64,000 bases of DNA from Rhizophagus irregularis (lineage: Eukaryota). The translations under genes and the position numbers were made by a program. Location of the stretch: positions 3,720,001 to 3,784,000 of the forward strand of contig NC_089433.1 of assembly GCF_026210795.1 (NCBI RefSeq). The letters are read 5' to 3'. Shown piece by piece: positions 26,329 through 36,489 of this stretch. Numbering within the stretch: the stretch's first letter is position 1; every line of letters starts with the position of its first letter. The notes under the pieces are model-generated. The model was given only the letters and a program-made list of their open reading frames with translations, ran no database searches and had not been told where the DNA came from.

Positions 26329-26906
26329 ATTAAGATTATACTATTCACGCCGGAGAGTCTGAATTTTTAATAATTTTTATATGTTGAGATACTAGATAAA
26401 ATGTTTTCTATAGACAATTCCTTTAGCTGAATTTTTGGTCAGAGGATCGGCGTGAAAAGTCTCCTCCTGTCTATAATAATATTATTAACAAATAATAACC
26501 TGTAAAAATAATGACAAATCACGTGATTAAAAAATATTTACTACTATTGAAACTTTTTTGATTATATATATTAAACCAATTTTGTTTTAATATTTTTGTT
26601 TTCTTAATTAAAATAAATAAAATAATTAATAAGAATTCTCAGAATATTTAATATTTTTCAAATGACTTAAATGACAGGTCATTTGAGTTGCAAATGACAA
26701 ATGACAAATGAATTGTCATTTGAGTCATTTGTTCATTTCAAGTCATTTGCCAAACACTGAAATAATCGGGTTCAAGCTACGATTTAGAGGATCACACTTT
26801 ATTTTATCAAATTTTTAGAAGCAACGATTTATTTACACTTTAGAAAGCCAATGATATTTTTTATTTAAAATTTTATTATAATTTAAAAAATAAATTAAAA
26901 ACTATA

Positions 26907-27200
26907 GCCCTGTTTACTTCTAGATCGGACCGGATTGATCGCAAATTTGTACCCTAAAATAATCGGTTACTGATGCGGTCAGCGGTCAGTCATGCTGATC
27001 TACAAAAATTGGTGTTTTTCCCTGATCGATTTTATAATAAACATAATAAACAACACAACTACACGTTTTTGCCCTATAAGATATTATGGATATATAACCA
27101 ATCCGATCAATCAAAAATTGTGCTCAATTGTAACTATGATCTGATTGGTTATACATTTTTTCGGTCAATCAATCCGATACGATTTAGAAATGAACAGAGC
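26907..27200. mobile_element. MITE with degenerate ~45-bp TIRs
   Basis: Left GCCCTGTTTACTTCTAGATCGGACCGGATTGAT versus right reverse complement GCTCTGTTCATTTCTAAATCGTATCGGATTGAT. Flanks are ATA/TTA (Harbinger-like, imperfect). Confidence 0.6.
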
Positions 27201-27389
27201 TTACTGTATATTTAATAATTAGTTTTTTTTGTTATTTTGTTTCTACTAAAATTTCATTGGCCATAACTTATTTTCTGCTGCTACGTAAAACATTATTCTT
27301 ACTACTAATTGTTACACCTGATCCTAAAATTTCATTGGCGTGACGGACAGACAAGACATTGCATGCTTTCTAACGCTTCGGACAACAAC

Positions 27390-27923
27390 AGGACCCCGAA
27401 ATATATACATAAGGGTAAGGGCATGATTGCGTAGTTATCACCATAGAAATATTTTACGAGGTTAGATTTTGATTTGCGTATAATCTATGGATTTTTTAAC
27501 CAAGGTCATGTTATCAAGTTGCGTATTATTATTAGGTTTTTTTAAAAGTAAGAGTACCTAATTATGCAAGATACATCAGGTATTTAGGGATTTAACTAGT
27601 GAAGGGTACAACATTTTAACCCACCATCTCAATTCCTATATCATTCATCATATTGGACCAATTAGTGTATCAGTTGAAAAAAATGTATTTGAAGCTATTA
27701 AAGAAAACCAGTATTATGGTTATTTGGTCGAATAATGTTGGATCAACTGAACAATGGAAAAATCGCATGATGATAAAGTCAGGGGATTAATTTGCTTATT
27801 CTTTCATTTTTTTTAACTATTTGAGATTAGGTGTTTAATTTTGCGTATTGACCTTATTAATAACCCCTACGTAGAGCTATTAGTAAAAAATTTTAATGTA
27901 TATATATAGTATTTCGGGGTCCT
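27390..27923. mobile_element. MITE-like element with perfect 14-bp TIR
   Basis: AGGACCCCGAAATA at 27390-27403 and TATTTCGGGGTCCT at 27910-27923. No clear TSD. Confidence 0.55.
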
Positions 27924-28215
27924 ATTATAGCTAAAAAGTATATTTAAACTACTGTGCTGTGTTGTTTGATAGCTAATCATATGATCTTGTATGATTTTCT
28001 AATACGTCTTTCTAGAAATTTATTTTATAAATTTAATAAAGAAAATGCGTGTTACTAATTATTTATGCTTATTAATTTTATTTATAACATACCTTCATTG
28101 TGAAACAAAATTTATACTTATTTGTCTAGCTACAGATTATATAATGTACATCAATATTATTTTAAAAAAAAAATTTTTCAGTTCTTTTTTTTAAAAAAAA
28201 AAAATACGTGAAATT

Positions 28216-29745
28216 ATGTCTACTAAACTTTTTTCTGAATTACTAAGTCAGAATTATATTGAATTATTAAAAGATGATGAATATTATGATATTACAATTG
28301 AAGTTGGTGAAGATCCTAACGTAAAAATATTTCGTGCTCACATGAATATTTTGTGTTACCGTTCTCCGTATTTACGACGAATTTTAGCTTCCAATAAAAA
28401 GAACAACGATAATATATTAGCTCACATAAAATTACCAAAAATTTCACCAGAAATATTTCAAACTATTTTAGAGTAAGCAATTAATAAATTTAAAACACCC
28501 TAGTATATTAACGGATTATAAATATTATTTTTAACGTTCATGAATTTTTTTTTGAATTCTTTTTTATATAGGTATATTTATGGTGGCATTCTTTCGTTAA
28601 ATAAACTTGACATTTCAGACTTTCTCAAAGTTTTAGCCGCTGCAGATAACCTTCATCTTCAAGAACTAGTTAATTATTTACAAAAATATTTAATTGAAAA
28701 TAAGTCGGATTGGATAGAACAACATTTTGGGTTTACTCAACAAATTAGTTCACGATCTAATAATTTATTAGAGCTTCAAGAGTTTTGTACAAACTTAATG
28801 GCTCAAACACCTGAAAAAATATTTAACTCTTTTGATTTCACTTCACTTTCTGAAAAATCTTTAATTTCACTTATTAAAAGGGATGATTTACAAATGAAAG
28901 AAATTAAAATATGGGAACATGTATTAAAATGGGGTCTTGCACAAAATCCAACTCTCATTCCAGATCCTAAAACCTGGTCCGATGATGATTTCAAAACAGT
29001 GAAAAATACTCTACAAAGTTGTTTGCCCTTAATTAGATTTTTTAGCTTATCATCTAAAGAATTATCGCAGAAAGTTCGACCATATCAAAAACTCTTAAAC
29101 CAACAACTTTATGAAGACTTAATATATTCTTATATGGATCCTGACAGTGTATCAACCGATAATATTTTACTTCCTAGAAATATTATAATGAACAAAATTG
29201 ATTCGAATATAGTTAATCTAAATATTGTTTCATTTATTTCAAGATGGATTGATAAAGTAGAAATTAGCAAATTTTCTCATCTTAGAGAATTATACTTACC
29301 ATATAAATTTGAACTACTGTTAAGAGGAAGTCGAGATGGATTTACTCCTAAAAAATTTCATGAATTATGTGATGATAAACCTAATACTGTTACATTTATT
29401 AAAGTAAAAGGGGCAGATGAAATTGTTGGTGGATATAATCCAATAACATGGAAATCTTCTGGAACGGGTAAAACTAATGATAGTTTTATTTTTTCTTTTA
29501 CAAATAAGAATTTTAAAGATGCAATTATTAGTGATGTAATAAATGCAAATCGTGCAATTCATTATGGCACTAATAGTGGTCCATATTTTGGCGATGATAT
29601 TATTGTTTATAATTCTGGAGATCTATTCAGTACAGATTATAATAGAATTCGCTGTAAAAATAAATATTATGAAAAAAAAATAAGAGATTCTGATGATTAT
29701 TTTTCTATAGAGGATTACGAGGTATTTCAAATCGTAAAGAGCTAG
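28216..29745 (+). CDS. BTB/POZ-BACK-TLDc protein (copy 4)
   Basis: Exons 28216-28472 and 28572-29745, GT-AG intron. Motifs intact. Confidence 0.92.
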
Positions 29746-30586
29746 TTTTATTGAGAAAAAAATAATTTCTTAATGTCATAGTAAGAAATAGATGAAGATT
29801 TTAATTAGAAGGAATTAACGTATTTTAAATTTTTGCTTTTTTTTTTCTTTGTTCTTTCTTTTTTCTTTACAACTATATATCATTGGAATAATCCATAGTT
29901 CCGTAATTTGTATGTAGCACGTCAAATATTCATATATTATTTTAACCCTTATAAATCCTTTCTTTATAAAAAGTTTTAACATGAAATTTTAATTAGTATG
30001 TAGTAAAGTAAATTTCTCTCTTAATAAAAAAAATAAATACAAATCAATTTTTTTTAAGTCTAAAATGACAAATGAACAATTCGTTTCTTCGTATTAATTA
30101 ATTTTCAGAAATTAAATTAATTCAAGTAGATTTTTACGTTCGCAAAGTCATTCGAATTGCTCGGAATCTGTAATAAACCTTTGTTGAATTACTTGAGAAT
30201 TAATCAATAAAAAGAATGAAATTGTGAAATCAGAATAGCTGATCCAAGTTGAAATCTATTACTCAGATGTTATAACCATGAGTTAGAAATATTAAATTGT
30301 ACACCATGAACTAAAAGATTTGAAGACTCTTGGGATAATGGGATTTTCGTCTTAATGAAATTATTAGCAGGCGAAATCGAAAAAAAGTGTTGGTTTACAA
30401 TAATGTAGCATAGGATAAAATCGTACTATTTGCTAACTAAAAAGAAACTTTAAGTGGGTATCAAAGTGTAGGGCTAGGTCTTAGAAGAGGAATTAGGTTA
30501 GAATCGCAGATCTGAATTATAAGAATTACTGTATACGCTATAAATTCTGTTCAAATATATTGTTTTCAAATCATTGTCGTATTTAT

Positions 30587-30898
30587 CATCACGGCGGACT
30601 TATGAAATACCCCAAAATTTATCCAAGTTAAATAGAATTTAGTCACAAAATTTTTATTTAAGCCCCCAAATTTATTAGTGAACAGTCAAAAATGTGCCCA
30701 AAAAATTTTTTGTACCCAAATCTTGCGTCTAACCAATTTTCTTACTATCTAACCCATTTTCCCAATGTTAAAGGCGCGTCATTCTTTGACATTTTTTAGG
30801 GAAAAAGCTTAATCGATATCACATGTTTCTGTAAGTCAATTTTTAATTCCCGAGGGCGCAGCAGGGGCTTTGCCAAATTTCATAAATCCGCCACAATG
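30587..30898. mobile_element. ~310-bp MITE upstream of BTB copy 5 (sister copies at ~9700, ~33440 and ~34245)
   Basis: Inverted ends CATCACGGCGGACTTATGAAAT / ATTTCATAAATCCGCCACAATG. The paralogous empty site TTGTCGTATTTAT|GTTTATTAA is at ~40641. Confidence 0.65.
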
Positions 30899-31055
30899 TG
30901 CTATGATAACGTTATAACGTACCCGCATTGTGAAACGAAATTTATACTTGTATAACCGCAGATTATATAATAATGTACATCAATATAATTATTGTTTAAC
31001 CAAATTTTTTTAAAAAAAAATTTTCAGTTCTTTTTTTTTAAAAAAAAAAGAAATT

Positions 31056-32586
31056 ATGTCTACCGAACTTTTTTCTAAATTATTAAGTCAGAATTATATT
31101 GAATTATTAAAAGATGATGAATATTATGATATTACAATTGAAGTTGGTGAAGATCCTAACGTAAAAATATTTCGTGCTCACATGAATATTTTGTGTTACC
31201 GTTCTCCGTATTTGCGACGAATTTTAACTTCCAATAAAAAGAACAACGATAATGTATTAGCTCACATAAAATTACCAAATGTTTTACCGGAAATATTTCA
31301 AACTATTTTAGAGTAAGTAATTAATATATTTAAAATACCCTATATTAACTGATAATAAATATTATTTCTAACATTCATGAAAATTTTTGGTATATAGGTA
31401 TATTTATGGTGGTATTCTTTCGTTGAATAAACTTGACATTTCAAATTTTCTTGAAGTTTTGGTCGCTGCAGATAACCTTCATCTTCAAGAACTAGTTGAT
31501 TATTTGCAAAAATATTTAATTGAAAATAAGTCAGATTGGATAGAACAACATTTCGGGTTTACTCAACAAATTAGTTCACAATCTAATAATTTATTAGAAC
31601 TTCAAGAATTTTGTATGAATTTAATGGCTCAAACACCTGAAAAAATATTTAAATCTTTTGATTTCACTTCACTTTCTGAAAAATCTTTAATTTCACTTAT
31701 TAAAAGGAATGATTTACAAATGAAAGAAATTGAAGTATGGGAACATGTATTAAAATGGGGTCTTGCACAAAATCCAACCCTCATTCCAGATCCTAAAACT
31801 TGGTCCGATGATGATCTCAAATCGATGAAAAAAATTTTACAACACTGTTTGCCTTTAATTAGATTTTTTAGTTTATCGTCTATAGAATTTTCGCAAAAAG
31901 TTCGACCGTATCAGAAACTATTAGATCAACAACTATATGAAGAATTATTAAATTCTTATTTGGAACCTGGTAGTGTGTCAAAATACAACGTTCTACGTCC
32001 AAGAAAAATTAAGATTAATGAAATTAAAATAGAAGATTCCCAAATCATTGATTCAAAAATTGTTGATTATAATATTATTTCAACTGTTTTCAAATGGGTT
32101 GATAAAGTGGTTATAAATGATGATAATTATGAGGAATTATATTTACCATACAAATGTGAATTATTATTAAGAGGAAGTCGAGATGGATTTACTCCTAAAA
32201 TATTTCATGAACTATGTAATAATAAACCTAACACTGTTGCATTTATTAAAGTAAATGGGGCGGAAGAAATTATCGGTGGATACAATCCTATAAAATGGAA
32301 TGCTATTGGTTGGGGTATAACTAAAGATAGCTTTATTTTTTCATTTGTAAATAAGAATGTTAAAGATGCAATTATTAGTAATGTAGTAGCTGTAAATTGT
32401 GCAATCAATTGTGGCACTGGTTGTGGTCCATATTTTGGCAATGATATTATTATATGCAGTACTGAAGATCAATTAGATTATTATGGAATTCGCTGTAAAA
32501 AAAATTTTTATGAAAAAAAAATAAGAGATACTGAAGATTGTTTTTCTATAGAAGATTACGAGGTATTTCAAATCGTAAAACGCTGA
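31056..32586 (+). CDS. BTB/POZ-BACK-TLDc protein (copy 5)
   Basis: Exons 31056-31312 and 31398-32586, GT-AG intron. Motifs intact. Confidence 0.92.
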
Positions 32587-32856
32587 CATCATAAGTAATA
32601 ATTGAAGTAACAAATTAGTTGAAGGGAATATATTTCCTACTGTTTTTCATTATTGGTATGATTCTATGATTCTATGGTTCAATAATTTTTAATACTCGTA
32701 TATTATTTTAATACTTATAAATCCATTTTTTATGAAAAGTTTTAACATAAAATTTTAATTATACAGTATAGTAACTGAAAGTAAACTTCTTTCTGTTTTT
32801 AATACAAATAAAATAAATGCAAATAAATAATTATTTTTTAAATCTAAAATCTAATA

Positions 32857-32991
32857 CCGTATTTGCCCAAAAATAAGCAACAAGTTTTTGCACATAATGC
32901 CGGCCATGTTTTGATAATGTGGGCCAAAATTTGTTATAATGCGGGCCATGTTGTTTATTTTTGGTGATTGCTTATTTTTGGGCAAATACGG
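32857..32991. mobile_element. 135-bp Tc1/pogo-type MITE
   Basis: Perfect 24-bp TIR CCGTATTTGCCCAAAAATAAGCAA, TA TSD on both sides, three internal ATAATG(C/T)(C/G)GGCCA repeats. Empty sites lie in the paralogous 3' flanks (~15525, ~30060, ~40085). Confidence 0.85.
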
Positions 32992-33918
32992 TATAACAAA
33001 TGAACAATTAATTCCTTCGTATTAATTAGTAATTTCAACTCATAAAGAAATTAATTTAATTCGAGTACTTTGAATTTAAAATTTAAGATTTTTATGTTCG
33101 TAAAGCATTCAAGTCGTTTGAAATTCGTAATAAGGCTTTGTTGAATTAATTGAGAATTAATCAATAAGACCGTGAAATCAGAATTGCTAATTCAAGTTGA
33201 AGTCTATTACTCACAAATTACAACCGTGAGTTAGAAATATTAAAATATTGAAATTGTACATCACGAAACTAAAAGATTTGAAGGACTTCTGGAATTTCAT
33301 CTCGAAAAAAAGTATTGGTTTACAATAATGTAGTATAGGATAAAATCATACTATTTGCTAGTGTAGGGCTAGGTCTTAGAAGAGGAATTAGGTTAGAATT
33401 GCAGATCTAAATTATGAGAATTACTGTAATACTGTTTTATCATCACGGCAGATTTATGAAATACCCCAAAATTTATCCAAATTAAATAGAATTTAGTCAC
33501 CAAATTTTTATTCAAGTCCCCAAATTTATTAGTAAGCAGTCAAAAATGTGCCCAAAAAATTTTTTGTACCCCAAATCTTGCGTCTAACCAATCTTTCCAC
33601 TATCTAACCCATTTCCCAAATGTTAAAGGCGCGTCATTCTTTGACATTTTTTAGGGAAAAGCTTAATCTGTTTCTGTGAATCAATTTTTAATTCCCGAGG
33701 GCGCAGCAGGGGCTTTTGCCAAATTTCATAAATCCGCCGCAATGTGCTTCATTATTTTAACGTACCCGCATTGTGAAACGGAATTTATACTTATATGTCT
33801 AGCCGCAGATTATATAATAATGTACATCAATATAATGGCTATTACTGTATTTAACCAAACTTTAAAAAAAAAATTTTTTCAGTTTTTTTTTTTTAAAAAA
33901 AAAAAAATACGTGAAATT

Positions 33919-34194
33919 ATTTCTGCTAAACTTTTTTCTAAATTTTAAGTCAGAATTATATTGAATTATTTACAATCGATGATCCTAACATAAAAATATT
34001 TCATGTTCACATGAATATTTTGTGTTACAATAAAAGAATAACGATAACATAAAATTACCAAATGTTTCACCGGAAATATTTCAAACTATTTTATAGTAAG
34101 TAATTGATAATTTAAAATATCCCATATTAACGGATAATAAATATTATTACTAACATTCATGAAATTTTTGTTATAGGCATATTTATGGTGGTAT
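33919..34194 (+). pseudogene. Truncated BTB pseudogene (exon 1 and intron only)
   Basis: ATG mutated to ATT, deletions of KDDEYYDI and RSPYLRRILAS, breaks off just after YIYGG. Confidence 0.8.
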
Positions 34195-34727
34195 GGCTAT
34201 AAATTCAATTCAAATGTATTATTTTTAAATCATTGTCGTATTTATCATCACGGCAGATTTATGAAATACCCCAAAATTTGCCCGTCATTTCAAATTAAAT
34301 AAATATTTGCCAGTATTTCAGTCACCAAATTTTTATTCAAGTCCCCAAATTTATTAGTGAACAGTCAAAAATGTGCCCAAAAAACTTTTTGTACCCCAAA
34401 TCTTGCGTCTAACCAATCTTCCCACTATCTAACCCATTTTCCCAGTGTTGAAGGCGCGTCATTCTTTGACTTTTTTAGGGAGAAAGCTTAATCGATATCA
34501 CATGTTTCTGTAAGTCTATTTTTAATTCCCGAGGGCGCAGCAGGGGGCTTTTGCCAAATTTCATAAATCTAATGTCCGCATTGTGAAACGGAATTTATGC
34601 TTATATTTCTAGCCGCAGATTATATAATGTACATCTATGATCTATATAATAGCTATTATTTAACCAAACTTTAAAAAAATTTTTTTTCAGTTTTTTTTTA
34701 AAAAATAAAAAAAAAATACGTGAAATT

Positions 34728-35863
34728 ATTTCTACTAAACTTTTTTTCTAAATTATTAAGACAGAATTATACTGAATTATTTACAATTGAAGCTGGTGAA
34801 GATCCAAACGTAAAAATATTTCGTGCTCACATGAATATTTTGTGTTACAATAAAAAGAATAACGATAACACAAAATTAACCAAATGTTTCACCAGAAATA
34901 GTTCAAAACTATTTTAGAGTAAGTAATTAATAAATTTAAAATATCCCATATTAACGGATAATAAATATTATTACTAACATTCATGAAATTTTTATTATAG
35001 GTATATTTATGGTGGTATTCTTTCGTTGAATAAACTTGACATTTCAGATTTTCTTAAAGTTTTAGCCGCTGCATTTTGATTTCACTTCACTTTCTGAAAA
35101 GGATGATTTTACAAATGAAAGAAATTGAAGTGTGGGAACATGTATTAAAATGGGGTCTTGCACAAAATCCAACTCTCATTCACAGATCCTAAAACTTGGT
35201 CCGACAATGATTTTTCAACAATGAAAAATACTCTACAAAATTGTTTTCCTTTAATTAGATTTTTTAGTTTATCATGTAAAGAATTATCACAGAAAGTTCG
35301 ACCATATCAAAATCTCTTAAATCAACAACTATTTACTAAACTTAATATATTTTTATATGGATCCTGACAGTGTATCAACCAATAATATTTTACTTCCTAG
35401 AAATATTATAATGAACAAATTGATTCAAATATAGTTTATCAACCATCTTAATATAAATGAAACAATATTTAGATTAAGTAGAAATTAGCAAATTGTCTGA
35501 ACTACTGTTGAGGGAAAGTCAAGATAAATTTATTCCTAAAAAAATTTCATGAATTATGTGATGATATATCTAATACTGTTACATTTATTAAAGTAGAAGG
35601 AAATGAAGAAATTCTAGGTGGATATAATCCTTTGGAATGGAAATTAGCTCTCAGTTTTGTCAGAACTAAAGATAGTTTTATTTTTTCTTTTAATAGTAAA
35701 AACATTAAAGATGCAGTAATAAGTAATGTAGTAAATATGTATTATACACTATATTATCATTCTCAACATGGTCCATACTTTGATGATGATATTGTTATAT
35801 GGAATTCAAGAATTTTTAAGATAAGATATTCTGAAGATCATTTTTCTATGCTATATTATGAAG
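34728..35863 (+). pseudogene. BTB-BACK-TLDc pseudogene
   Basis: Same ATG>ATT change and exon-1 deletions as the 33919 copy. Further deletions and frameshifts through BACK and TLDc. Linker most similar to copy 4. Confidence 0.85.
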
Positions 35864-35864
35864 A

Positions 35865-36430
35865 TCTCTGGGTAGTAGACTCTAAAGGTTCATTTATTAA
35901 ACTAATAGAAATAGTTAGGGTGGGATGATCTGCCAATACAGATATGCAAACTCTGCGTATTGCCAATATACTATACCCCTTAAAGCATGTAACATTGATG
36001 TTGGATTTACCAATACAGATCCTGCACTTGACACAGAGGATCAGTGGCAATTCCAATTCACGAATCTGATATTTTTCCTATGTTCCCTTTCCTCCATAAT
36101 CCAGAATCACGTTTAAAACTTTACAACATGATGATTGCTTATTTTTTGCCAAATTATCTGGAGATCCTTTACGCAACTAACTTGTTTTACTTGTGGATCT
36201 TCCGTTAAGGCCTGTCCTAAACGCCAACAGTCACGTGACCCTAAAAGCTTAACTAGACAAACTCTACCAAAAATTCCATCCCGCTTAATATAGAAAATCT
36301 AAACAGAAACCTTCCTATGCTTACATTGCCAATAAGTCTCTTAATGATCATAAGAGACCTTGGAACAAGGCCAATATACTCCAAAATAATGTCATATTAC
36401 TATTGAATAAATTTCTAAGAATGCCAACAC
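35865..36430 (+). mobile_element. Possible decayed LINE ORF1 (gag-like) fragment
   Basis: GC-richer segment abutting the pseudogene end. Encodes remnants CFTCGSSVKACPKR (broken zinc knuckle, ~36183) and KPSYAYIA (~36307). Confidence 0.35.
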
Positions 36431-36489
36431 TTGATTATATGAAATTTTTCATTCGTATTATACCATTTTGGATTATAGATATGGCAAAT

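Larger units (their letters stand above)
17653..26464 (-). mobile_element. Full-length non-LTR retrotransposon (LINE with APE and RNase H), 8812 bp
   Basis: 16-bp TSD TCCTGTCTATAATAAT at 17637-17652 and 26465-26480. (TAAA)n 3' tail at ~17653-17675. ORF1 and ORF2 on the - strand. Confidence 0.95.
17087..26759. mobile_element. Non-autonomous hAT-like element (~845 bp without the nested LINE)
   Basis: TIRs CAGTGTTCGGAAATGAC (17087) and GTCATTTGCCAAACACTG (ends 26759). Perfect 8-bp TSD AAATAATC at 17079-17086 and 26760-26767. Dense subterminal AAATGAC/GTCATTT repeats at both ends. Confidence 0.85.

Noticed and set aside
28540..28571. ORF-track N-terminal extensions (28540, 31387, 53727) and separate 85-87 aa ORFs as independent genes
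   Set aside because: These are intronic or upstream read-through. Each short ORF is exon 1 joined to the long ORF by a conserved phase-2 intron.
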